Below are positions 38,402 through 46,886 of a stretch of 64,000 nt of DNA, one piece after another (positions within the stretch are counted from its first letter, which is position 1; every line of letters begins with the position of its first letter). Source of the stretch: a virus (taxonomy: Duplodnaviria; Caudoviricetes); the IMG/VR virus record IMGVR_UViG_3300017722_005389; one strand, 5' to 3'. A program made the translations under genes and the position numbers. The notes under the pieces are model-generated. The model did not search any database and had not been told where the DNA came from. It saw nothing but the letters and a program-made list of their open reading frames with translations.

Positions 38402-38719
38402 ATGAAAGAATTAACAGAACGTACACTAAAGGAAGCATTGAAGGAAAATAAATTGGTTTTTAGTTACTATGGAGCCAAATGGTGTTCGCCATGTAATGCA
38501 ATACATCCAATTGTTGAAGAACTCTCAAAAGAAAATGATAATATTTTCATTGGAAAAGTAGATGTGGAAACAAATCCAGAACTTTGTGATGAATATGGCA
38601 TAAGAAGTATTCCAGCTCTCATATTTTATAAGAATGGAGAACCTGTTGAAAGATTACTTGGATTTCATAGTAAAGCTGATCTTCAAGCAGTTATAGATAA
38701 ACTTTCTAAGGAAAACTAA
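38402..38719 (+). CDS. trxA: Thioredoxin
   Basis: GAKWCSPC active site, KVDVE, YGIRSIPALIFYKNG. Confidence 0.92.
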   Translation: MKELTERTLKEALKENKLVFSYYGAKWCSPCNAIHPIVEELSKENDNIFIGKVDVETNPELCDEYGIRSIPALIFYKNGEPVERLLGFHSKADLQAVIDKLSKEN

Positions 38720-38810
38720 AATTATATTCCGCCAAAAGTCAATATTTTTATCACTTTTGGCGGAATATGAACTTTTTAATAGAATATTGAGTTGTTATAT
38801 TTAAACCATT

Positions 38811-39647
38811 ATGATTAATAAAGCAGATTTATACTTCAAAAGAAACCTCAACCTAATTCTTGATGAAGGTTGTTGGGATGAAAACCCAAGACCTAAATAT
38901 AAAGATGGAACCCCAGCACATACCAAATTCATCACTCAGGTTTATGAGGAATATAATATTTCTAAGGGAGAATTCCCTATAACAACATTAAGACCGACTG
39001 CTATCAAAACAGGCATCAAAGAGATTCTTTGAATATATCAAAAGCAAACAGCTTCACTTCAAGTTGCTCGTGAAATGGGCATAAATTGGTGGGATGAATG
39101 GAATATAGGTGACGATACTATAGGATTAAGATACGGTGCGACTGTTAAGAAGTGGGATATTATGAATAAAGTTTTAGATTCAGTAAAAAATAATCCATTT
39201 TCAAGAAGACATATCATAAACCTTTATCAAGAATCAGATTTAGCTGAAAGTGCTGGATTACACCCTTGTGCATTTTTAGCTGAATTCCATGTAAGAAAAG
39301 TTAATGGTAATTATATTTTAGATTTGACCTTATATCAAAGAAGTTCAGACTATATTATGGCAAATATTATAAACAAGTGCCAGTATTTAGCTTTGCAAAT
39401 GATGGTTGCTGGACATTGTGGATATAGCGTAGGAAAGTTTTGCCATTTCGTTGGGAATTTACATATTTACGATCGACATATGCCTGCAGTAGAAGAACTA
39501 TTGAAAAAAGAACCATTAGAAAATAATCATCCGTATATAGAATTGAATACTCAAAAGAACTTTTACGAATATTCTTTGGAAGATTTTAAAATTCACAATA
39601 CAAAATTTGTAACCAATATCGTAAACAAATTAGAAATCGCAATATGA
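38811..39647 (+). CDS. thyA: Thymidylate synthase interrupted by one in-frame TGA at codon 74 (conserved Trp)
   Basis: FPITTLR...KEIL-TGA-IYQKQ; SRRHII, catalytic LHPCA, YQRSSD and LHIYDRH all in one frame. Confidence 0.85.
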
Positions 39648-39886
39648 AAAATTCTGTAGCAATATTAGATATTCTTGAGTATGCTAAAAACATTATGGAA
39701 TATAAGCATCGTGAAGCCAGGTTAATGATAACCAAAGAACTTATGGGAATTTGTAATCCTTATTTATTCAAAAGTGCTATTATTTATGATGTGATATATA
39801 ATAAAGTTAATGAGACTGTAATCCTAAAGGAATTTACAGATTTTGTTGGAGTTAAAGAAGATTTTCAAGTTATAATAATAATATAG
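39644..39886 (+). CDS. Hypothetical phage protein
   Basis: ATGA overlap with thyA. Confidence 0.55.
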   Translation: MKNSVAILDILEYAKNIMEYKHREARLMITKELMGICNPYLFKSAIIYDVIYNKVNETVILKEFTDFVGVKEDFQVIIII

Positions 39887-39889
39887 TTT

Positions 39890-40072
39890 ATGAATGAAAT
39901 GAAATTTTTTGCCACAGGATTGCTTGGGATTACTTTAACAATAGCTATATATACTATATATGAAAACTTAAAAGCGCACTATTTTTATGCTAATGGATTC
40001 ATAATTTTAATAATTTTTATTATTTGGATCCTAATATTTTATATAATTTACAACACTTTTAAAAAATCTTAA
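39890..40072 (+). CDS. Small membrane protein
   Basis: Two hydrophobic segments. Confidence 0.5.
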   Translation: MNEMKFFATGLLGITLTIAIYTIYENLKAHYFYANGFIILIIFIIWILIFYIIYNTFKKS

Positions 40073-40091
40073 ACATTATAATACCAAACTA

Positions 40092-40502
40092 ATGAAAAAA
40101 CCTAATCCTTTATCAGACTTTGAACAAACTTTACTTTGGATGGCAATAAGATATGCTATGAATAGACAATCCATTGCCTCAGCAACTTTACCTACAGATA
40201 TTATATCAAATTGGTATCATAGGTTATCAAAAAATGATATGGAACGAACTGTTATAGATCTCCAAAGAAATTTGCAAGATTTCGAAGAAAGAGCATTTGG
40301 TGATCCAGGAATTGATAAACCTATTTGGATAAAATTTATGAATGCTTTAGATGAAAATTGTCATATAAAGGTTAAACTTATTAATGATACAGAAGAAATT
40401 GTTTTTCCCTTTGAAGGTGAATATATTCCGTTAGCAAGCTATATTTCAACCCCATATAGACACATCTTCATTCCTAAAGAAAATATAAAAGAGTTCTTAT
40501 GA
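40092..40502 (+). CDS. Hypothetical phage protein
   Basis: 136 aa; LLWMAIRYAMNR motif. Confidence 0.6.
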   Translation: MKKPNPLSDFEQTLLWMAIRYAMNRQSIASATLPTDIISNWYHRLSKNDMERTVIDLQRNLQDFEERAFGDPGIDKPIWIKFMNALDENCHIKVKLINDTEEIVFPFEGEYIPLASYISTPYRHIFIPKENIKEFL

Positions 40503-40570
40503 TGAATGCATATTTTATTATGCAAAACCCCCCATTTTAACTAAAAATGTATAATATAATATTCAAATTT

Positions 40571-40966
40571 ATGAAAAATGTAAGTACAGTTATTTTAGAT
40601 AGAGATGATCTTAAAGAAAGTTATATTCAATTTGATGAAATTACATTAGAAAGTTTTAAAAATTTTCTTAATGAAGATGTATTTCAAACTTTGAATGAAA
40701 GCCTTGTAATATTTACAGATTATGACCTTAGAACGAAGATTATTAATAATCCATATGGTAACAAGACTTTTTCTAAAAATGAGCTTATAAAGGTTTCTTT
40801 TGAGGATTATGAGTATACTTGTTCAGATGGATGTTGTCATGATTATGGTACTATTGTAACCGTAAATGGAACTGAATTGCCAAATCATAATTATCAGGAT
40901 CCAGGAAATACCGTTGAGCAGGTTTTAAATTATTTAGGTTACAATGTTGAAATCGATTATATATGA
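40571..40966 (+). CDS. Hypothetical phage protein
   Basis: YTCSDGCCHDYG Cys motif. Confidence 0.6.
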   Translation: MKNVSTVILDRDDLKESYIQFDEITLESFKNFLNEDVFQTLNESLVIFTDYDLRTKIINNPYGNKTFSKNELIKVSFEDYEYTCSDGCCHDYGTIVTVNGTELPNHNYQDPGNTVEQVLNYLGYNVEIDYI

Positions 40967-41004
40967 TATAAAAAATGATAATTAATAGATATTTATAATA
41001 AAAA

Positions 41005-41436
41005 ATGAAGTCTATTAAGATTACTGAAGAGGTTTATAATAAATTACTTTCGGAGAAAAAAAAGAAGCGAGATAGATGTCTCAGAATTGCCGATAGAGTG
41101 TATGATAAACCTTCTTCATATAAATCAGGTGCTGCTGAAAGATGTAGACAAGGTAAAATTTGGAAGGGATTAAGTGAAGATTATATTAAAAATTTGATTA
41201 ATGAAATTATTTCTGAAGATGAATCTCTTCACAAATGGTTTTCAAGAAAGGGGGCTCCAGGAAAATCTGGTGGATGGGTAGATTGTAATACATGTAGAAA
41301 CGTTGATGGAAAAACAAAATGCAAAAGTTGTGGAAGGGAAAAAGGAGAAACAAGAAGTAAGTATCCATCTTGCAGACCTACACCTGGAAAATGTAAAGAT
41401 ACTGGAAAGGGAAAAACTTGGGGAAAAACAAAATAA
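41005..41436 (+). CDS. Leader-bearing Cys/basic late protein (DUF5872-like modules)
   Basis: Two leader-like segments (KLLSE, NEIISEDE); LHKWF...GGWVDC...KYPSCRP; TATTTATA at 40990-40997. Confidence 0.55.
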   Translation: MKSIKITEEVYNKLLSEKKKKRDRCLRIADRVYDKPSSYKSGAAERCRQGKIWKGLSEDYIKNLINEIISEDESLHKWFSRKGAPGKSGGWVDCNTCRNVDGKTKCKSCGREKGETRSKYPSCRPTPGKCKDTGKGKTWGKTK

Positions 41437-41455
41437 TTTTTAAACATCTTTCAAA

Positions 41456-41926
41456 ATGATAAAAGCATTTGCTTCAGTAGAAAGGGAATTTGTGGAAGAT
41501 TATAAATTTAATGCTGACGAATATTGCTTTTTTGATAACCCTGAGTCTGCAAGAGAAGATTTAGAACCCTTTAAAGAAGATGAAGATTTGGCATATGTGA
41601 TCGAAGTTGAAATTTACGCCAAAATGTTTAATATTTATGACAGAATTCATAGAAGTAAATTGTATACATCTTTACCCCAAAAAACCAATGTAGGAAGGTT
41701 TGTAATAAATAAAGATAGCCTCATTTGTTTTCTTATGGGAGATTTAAATAGAGATTCAGAAAATTTAGAGGTAAGTGATAGCACAGATAAGTTATTTTCT
41801 TTATCAATAAAAAATGCAATACAAGAATTAGGATATGAAGGTTATGTTTCGATGTTTGAATCTTTATCGAAATACACTGTATTCAATCCAGATAAACATG
41901 TAGACGTTATAAAAGTTTTTATATAA
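41456..41926 (+). CDS. Hypothetical phage protein
   Basis: 156-aa ORF. Confidence 0.55.
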   Translation: MIKAFASVEREFVEDYKFNADEYCFFDNPESAREDLEPFKEDEDLAYVIEVEIYAKMFNIYDRIHRSKLYTSLPQKTNVGRFVINKDSLICFLMGDLNRDSENLEVSDSTDKLFSLSIKNAIQELGYEGYVSMFESLSKYTVFNPDKHVDVIKVFI

Positions 41927-41928
41927 CT

Positions 41929-42171
41929 ATGGAAAGGTTTAACAAAAGAATATTTGGCAATTTTTCAAATAATATGGCAATTATAAAGAAAATTGTAAAT
42001 CAACCAAAGAAAATTTTAAATTCTGAGGAACCTTCTTTAAAGGAGGAAATTGTTATTGAAGAATCTATTATTGAAAATGTCACTCCCATTGAAGAAATAG
42101 TAGAAGAAAATGAAAAAATTATCACTTCTGAAGAAAAGCCTAAAAAAGGTCGTAAAAAAAAATCTGAATAA
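41929..42171 (+). CDS. Hypothetical low-complexity protein
   Basis: E-rich with a KKGRKKK tail. Confidence 0.55.
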   Translation: MERFNKRIFGNFSNNMAIIKKIVNQPKKILNSEEPSLKEEIVIEESIIENVTPIEEIVEENEKIITSEEKPKKGRKKKSE

Positions 42172-42236
42172 TTTTTCTACAAATTTAAAAAAGTTTAAAA
42201 AATATTTCATACCTTTGTTGAAAATAAATTTAAACT

Positions 42237-42626
42237 ATGAAAAATTTAACTTCATCATCAAACAGAGGAACTCATAAGTTTTCTGAAGGAGATTTTATTT
42301 GGAATGCTTCAGAAAAAAAGAAAGGTGTCTTTCACAAAGATATCGATGGAAATTCATTTATTTCTTATGGTAAAAACTATATATCGTTTAATGTAGATTA
42401 TTCTATAATTGAAAGATATATGCATCAAGATAACTTTCAAATGTTTTCATTAAAATCTAAAGTAGTACATTCTTCTAATGAGATTGTTATGACTACTGGA
42501 AACGCAAAACATAATTCTTTTGAAGGCATCAATCTTTTAACTGGAGAAACAAAATATTTTTCTCTGGAGCGTAATTGGACTGATATAACAAATGATTATC
42601 ACATGACCTTAACAAAATACTTTTAA
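42237..42626 (+). CDS. Early hypothetical protein
   Basis: Preceded by TACCTTTG at 42210-42217. Confidence 0.6.
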   Translation: MKNLTSSSNRGTHKFSEGDFIWNASEKKKGVFHKDIDGNSFISYGKNYISFNVDYSIIERYMHQDNFQMFSLKSKVVHSSNEIVMTTGNAKHNSFEGINLLTGETKYFSLERNWTDITNDYHMTLTKYF

Positions 42627-42637
42627 ACAATTTTACT

Positions 42638-42934
42638 ATGATTACAACAATTTTAATTACCATCGCAATTACCGCAACTGTTATAGCCATATTCGGGTGG
42701 CTAACTTATATTTCATTCACCATGAAAAATAAAGTAAACTTATACTTTTTCAACGAAGCAGAAAGACATCTTTATGAAAGAATTCGTGAATTGGAAGATG
42801 AATTAAGTAGTAAAGCTGGTCTGCAATACACTCGTGATCAACTTGAAGATTTTCAAGATAGAATTTACCATCTTGAAAGGTCTTTAGAAGACTGCAGAAA
42901 TTCTAAATGTGGAAGTACATCCTGTAAACCTTAA
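42638..42934 (+). CDS. TM-anchored coiled-coil protein
   Basis: N-terminal TM helix. Confidence 0.55.
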   Translation: MITTILITIAITATVIAIFGWLTYISFTMKNKVNLYFFNEAERHLYERIRELEDELSSKAGLQYTRDQLEDFQDRIYHLERSLEDCRNSKCGSTSCKP

Positions 42935-42945
42935 AAAATACTATT

Positions 42946-43329
42946 ATGAAAATGTTATTTATTTTTTTATTTATTTCTTCTGTTGCTTTTTCTCAACAAT
43001 ATACTATCTCAGAAGCATATTATATGGAGACAGGTGAAAATATTGAATTTTCTTCCACTACTGTTGAATTTAAATTTGAGAAATTATATTTGAATGATGA
43101 AGAATACGTTTTTTCTGAAAAACAAATTTTAGACAATGGTGATTTAGTTTTGAACTATTCAGACAAATATTCAAAAGTTGCCATATATGTAAGAGGAAAT
43201 GAAATTTTGGATATAATTGAACATCCTATGATCGGAGAAGTAATTGTTTATGAACTTCCAAAAGAAAACAAAATGTTGCCTTCAGAGAGTATAATAGCCT
43301 TGGATTCAAGATTGAAAAAATGGAAATAG
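42946..43329 (+). CDS. Secreted hypothetical protein
   Basis: Signal peptide ...SSVAFSQ. Confidence 0.55.
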   Translation: MKMLFIFLFISSVAFSQQYTISEAYYMETGENIEFSSTTVEFKFEKLYLNDEEYVFSEKQILDNGDLVLNYSDKYSKVAIYVRGNEILDIIEHPMIGEVIVYELPKENKMLPSESIIALDSRLKKWK

Positions 43330-43344
43330 TTTTCTAAAGATAAA

Positions 43345-43382
43345 AAAAAATCCCCATCTTTTTAAAGGTGGGGATTTTTTTA
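43345..43382. terminator. Bidirectional terminator
   Basis: AAAAAATCCCCATCTTT/AAAGGTGGGGATTTTTT. Confidence 0.8.
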
Positions 43383-43388
43383 GTTATT

Positions 43389-43856
43389 TTATTTCGTTTT
43401 TGATAATATACAAGTGAATAAATTAGTAAGTTCGGTAAAATCAATTCCTTTAGACATAACTTCTGTAAGAGCATCGCCTATTTCAACCATACCAGGAGAC
43501 TTTTTACTTGAAATTGTCTGCAATATTAATTTTGTAGTTTCTGGATATTTTTTCATGCCTTCTAGTGTGGCTCCAATTCCAGCTTCTATTAAACATGGCT
43601 CAATTTTTTTAAGCATATCTGGAGGTAATGAAGAAGAACCACCAGCATTTTTAAACGCATCATCAGCACCTTTGCCAACAGTATATGTGCCACCAGCATA
43701 ACCAGGTATAGATATTTGTTCTTTAACAACTTGTCTTATAACATTAGTTAACTTTCTTTTGGATTCTACAACATTCATTGGAGCTTTTGAAGTTTCACCC
43801 TGTTCTTTAATAATTGACTTAACAATTTGTCTTAATTCACTTAATTTAATTTTCAT
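43389..43856 (-). CDS. Double-leader putative internal head protein
   Basis: MKIKLSELRQIVKSIIKEQ then SKAPMNVVESKRKLTNVIRQVVKEQ; late motif at 43884-43891. Confidence 0.6.
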   Translation of the reverse strand: MKIKLSELRQIVKSIIKEQGETSKAPMNVVESKRKLTNVIRQVVKEQISIPGYAGGTYTVGKGADDAFKNAGGSSSLPPDMLKKIEPCLIEAGIGATLEGMKKYPETTKLILQTISSKKSPGMVEIGDALTEVMSKGIDFTELTNLFTCILSKTK

Positions 43857-43993
43857 AATTTTTTAGGTTTATTATAATTTATATATAAATAGTTTATATC
43901 CCAAAGAAAACAAAATTATTTTCTTTAAAATTAATACATGATATTTCTATACTGACCATCACCACCTGTTGTTTTTTTATAGACATAATCTTT

Positions 43994-44080
43994 TTAACTT
44001 CCGATTGACAAAGGCTTATTCATTTCTTCTTTAATAATAAATTTGACAAGCTTTCTGAATTCGCTTAATTTAATTTTCAT
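43994..44080 (-). CDS. Leader-only mini-ORF (28 aa) or truncated relic
   Basis: Hand-translated MKIKLSEFRKLVKFIIKEEMNKPLSIGS*. Confidence 0.45.
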   Translation of the reverse strand: MKIKLSEFRKLVKFIIKEEMNKPLSIGS

Positions 44081-44116
44081 ATATTTTATAATAAAAATTA
44101 AGTTTCAAGATAAAAT

Positions 44117-44148
44117 TTTGGTTTCTTCAAAAGAAATATATATCTTTG
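44117..44148 (+). promoter_or_regulatory. Bacteroidetes housekeeping-sigma promoter
   Basis: TTTG (44117-20) - 20 nt - TATCTTTG (44141-48) matches -33/-7 consensus TTTG/TAnnTTTG. Confidence 0.7.
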
Positions 44149-44176
44149 TGCTTTATAAATATTTAATTTATTTCTT

Positions 44177-45010
44177 ATGAAATTCATTTATTCTATCTTT
44201 AGAAAATATAAGTTCTCATTATTACTTATATATTTTTACATGTTAGTTGCACAATTATTATTTTTGGCTGAACCATTCATACTTGGGAAGGCTATTGATG
44301 GATTGTTAACAAAAAATTATATTTGGTTAATAGTATTTTTAGCTGTTGAACTTTTACACAATGTTTTTATGTATCGAAGAATGGTGTTTGATACTAAAGT
44401 ATATGTTAAAATTTATAATGACATAATCTTTAATTTCTTAAGAAACAACAAAGAGGTTGACATTTCAGCTAAGATCGCAAGAACAGATATGTCACGTAGT
44501 ATAATAGGTTTTTTAGAAGGAGATATTCATTTTTTTATAATGGCAATTGTTACTGTCATCGGAAGTCTTTTTTTTATATTTATGCAGCATGCTTTAACTG
44601 GAGTTATTGTAGTTTGTTCGATACTGCCTATTACAATAACTGCAATAGTATTCTATAAAAAAATTGCCCAGTCTACTAAAGTTGGAAACACTCATTACGA
44701 ACAAAAGGCTAGTATTATGCATTCTGAGGATGAATCTCAAATTGATACTTATTTCAAAAGAAGAGCCAGGATCATTGTGATGCAATCCACATTACAAGGA
44801 AGAAATTGGGTTTCATTGAATGTTGCAAAGACAATTTTTCTTGTCTTATCATTATTTATTTTCACAAGTAAAAATATAGATATGACTCAAGGAGAAGCTA
44901 TTGCAATGTACGCCTACCTCAATCAGTTTATAATAGCTTTAATGTCTATTCCAATTGCAATGGAAACTATAACAAGAATTAAAGATGTTATAGGTAGAAT
45001 TAAATCGTAA
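44177..45010 (+). CDS. ABC-transporter transmembrane-domain-only protein
   Basis: LAEPFILGKAIDGLL and about six TM segments; no Walker motifs and no adjacent NBD gene. Confidence 0.7.
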   Translation: MKFIYSIFRKYKFSLLLIYFYMLVAQLLFLAEPFILGKAIDGLLTKNYIWLIVFLAVELLHNVFMYRRMVFDTKVYVKIYNDIIFNFLRNNKEVDISAKIARTDMSRSIIGFLEGDIHFFIMAIVTVIGSLFFIFMQHALTGVIVVCSILPITITAIVFYKKIAQSTKVGNTHYEQKASIMHSEDESQIDTYFKRRARIIVMQSTLQGRNWVSLNVAKTIFLVLSLFIFTSKNIDMTQGEAIAMYAYLNQFIIALMSIPIAMETITRIKDVIGRIKS

Positions 45011-45065
45011 ACAATTGAACTTCTTTAGAAAAAATAATGTTTCTATTTAAAATAAACTCTGTTCA

Positions 45066-45194
45066 ATGTTCACAATAGTAAAAAGGTTAGAAAATGGATA
45101 TATAATCATGGCACCTGATGGTGAAACCGCATATATCACTGAATCACAATATCAAAATTTAAAATTAAAAAATAAGATGTATGAAAAAGTTTGA
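45066..45194 (+). CDS. Small hypothetical protein (42 aa, missed by track)
   Basis: MFTIVKRLENGYIIMAPDGETAYITESQYQNLKLKNKMYEKV*, overlaps the next start. Confidence 0.45.
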   Translation: MFTIVKRLENGYIIMAPDGETAYITESQYQNLKLKNKMYEKV

Positions 45195-45459
45195 AATTGA
45201 AAGTTTAGATTCCGACTATCTTGATCCTATGCAAGTTATGTATCATGCCTGTTTTCAATGCCTCATAAATTTTGTTGAAAAAGAATCTGGATTAAGACAT
45301 TGCACATACAAAGATGATGATCAAAAAAAACATATTGATATAGCTTGTGAACTTTATGTTTGGTGGATAAAAAACCGAGAAGATCTGGATACAGATACAG
45401 ATGAATCTCAAGAAAAATTAGAACAACTTGTCAAAATAAGAAATTTTCTTTGGACTTAA
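45181..45459 (+). CDS. Hypothetical phage protein
   Basis: ELYVWW...IRNFLWT. Confidence 0.6.
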   Translation: MKKFEIESLDSDYLDPMQVMYHACFQCLINFVEKESGLRHCTYKDDDQKKHIDIACELYVWWIKNREDLDTDTDESQEKLEQLVKIRNFLWT

Positions 45460-45471
45460 AATAAATGAATT

Positions 45472-45774
45472 ATGAAAAAAATTGAAGACAAAATTAAATT
45501 TGTAGAGAAGTCAATTCTCGAAATCAAATCAATGATGGAAAAATCTAATGCTTTATATAAATTAGGTGTGGATATATTAGAAGTTGATATGGGTATTGAA
45601 TTAGTTATTGAATCATTTAAGTATATTTTCAATGAAAGTATATGTGAAACGATCTCATGGTGGATATTCGAAGATGTTGAAAAAACCATAGATGTAAATG
45701 GTAAAACATACAATCTTGAAAAATTAGAAGATTTATTAAAATTTATTAATGACGATTATAAAGGTGTATTATAA
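45472..45774 (+). CDS. Hypothetical phage protein
   Basis: ETISWWIFE motif. Confidence 0.6.
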   Translation: MKKIEDKIKFVEKSILEIKSMMEKSNALYKLGVDILEVDMGIELVIESFKYIFNESICETISWWIFEDVEKTIDVNGKTYNLEKLEDLLKFINDDYKGVL

Positions 45775-45873
45775 TTTCTTAGGAGCAATCATTGTTCTTT
45801 TGAAAGGATTTTTTAGTACAAATTTTAGATATAAAACAAATAAAACTAAATGAGACAAATACCTTGTTAGGCT

Positions 45874-46140
45874 ATGTTTAAAATATTCAAGAGTTACATT
45901 AAATGGAAACTTATCTCTATAATAAAGGATAAGCTGATACACTATTTATCGGAGAAACACAATTATTCACAAAGACAAAATGAATGGAAGTGCAAGGTTT
46001 ATGATGGTAAATGCTTAACAAAGGAACGATTTGAAAAAGAGCAAGAGGAGCAGATACGATGGTCGAATGAGCAATGGAAAGTTAATCATCATAAATATGA
46101 AGCGGTTTTGGAGATACTTAGAATAGTGGAGGGTCTGTAA
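45874..46140 (+). CDS. Cassette-borne hypothetical protein
   Basis: ATG lies 2 nt after GTTAGGC; the stop is followed by GTCTATAAC. Confidence 0.6.
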   Translation: MFKIFKSYIKWKLISIIKDKLIHYLSEKHNYSQRQNEWKCKVYDGKCLTKERFEKEQEEQIRWSNEQWKVNHHKYEAVLEILRIVEGL

Positions 46141-46147
46141 ATATTGT

Positions 46148-46361
46148 CTATAACGGTTCTCGGCTATACGTCAGGTTTTTTGCGAATTTGAAACACTAAA
46201 ATTAAAATATATGATGCGAGTAATTGAAATGACACACTCTGAAAAAGTAGAGATGTATCAAATGATTGAAAAAGACAGATTGATAGAAATGCTGATAGAG
46301 GCAAATAATGTTATTAACCGACTAACGGAAGTAAAAAACTTGCGTATAGCCGATGTTAGTG
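46148..46361 (+). repeat. Complete attC-like imperfect palindrome (214 nt)
   Basis: TAAC-GGTTC-TCGGCTATACG-T-CAGG-TTTTTT pairs with AAAAAA-CTTG-CGTATAGCCGA-T-GTTA; asymmetric spacer and one extrahelical T. Confidence 0.75.
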
Positions 46362-46450
46362 GTTCGTTGCCATGCCATCATAACTATATACAAAAAGACA
46401 CTTATTGGAAAAGTTGCACTCATTGTGGAATGATAGCCCCATTAGGGTAA
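46211..46450 (+). CDS. Chimeric ORF crossing an attC-like junction (Cys/His-rich tail)
   Basis: Residues 1-48 lie inside the palindrome; GTT AGT (V49-S50) is the R' box; tail CHH...CTHC. Confidence 0.6.
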   Translation: MMRVIEMTHSEKVEMYQMIEKDRLIEMLIEANNVINRLTEVKNLRIADVSGSLPCHHNYIQKDTYWKSCTHCGMIAPLG

Positions 46451-46508
46451 TGACCACTAACTAAAATATATATACACCTCAAAACAACTCACTTCAAAAA
46501 ATAAAATT

Positions 46509-46886
46509 ATGGAAATTAAAAAATTTGAAATGTACCTAGATGGTGGTACAATTGAACTAACGACAGATAAAGGAATTTTCTGTTTTGACAAAAGAATTAG
46601 AAGTAGTACAAAGGGTAGATTATACGATGGTTATCCTAAAGATGATAATTCTAACCTAATAGAAAATTCAGTTGATTTGGAACAAGAACTAATTGAACAA
46701 TTAAAATTGTTTAAGAGTGACTTCTATCAAAGTTCAATTGATTACTTTATTAACTCAAACAAAAATAATATTAGTGTTAACGAAGTGGAGTTTTGTAATT
46801 GTGGTAATCCAAGTGGTGGACATCATTGCTATGTAGATGAAAATATAATTGAATGTGCTGATTGTGGGAAACAATTACAAAATTAA
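46509..46886 (+). CDS. Chimeric ORF with Zn-finger-like cassette tail
   Basis: ATT AGT GTT AAC junction at codon 88; tail CNC...HHC...CADC. Confidence 0.6.
   Translation: MEIKKFEMYLDGGTIELTTDKGIFCFDKRIRSSTKGRLYDGYPKDDNSNLIENSVDLEQELIEQLKLFKSDFYQSSIDYFINSNKNNISVNEVEFCNCGNPSGGHHCYVDENIIECADCGKQLQN

Noticed and set aside
43931-43993. Peptide KDYVYKKTTGGDGQYRNIMY after the mini-leader stop, resembling the EF-G domain IV loop
   Set aside because: Only about 12 residues are similar and they lie behind a TAA with no start; indistinguishable from chance without a search.
44967-44993. CTATAAC...GTTATAG mini inverted repeat as a further attC
   Set aside because: The spacer is only 13 nt, it lies inside the ABC-TMD coding end, and it has no L-box stem; likely chance.
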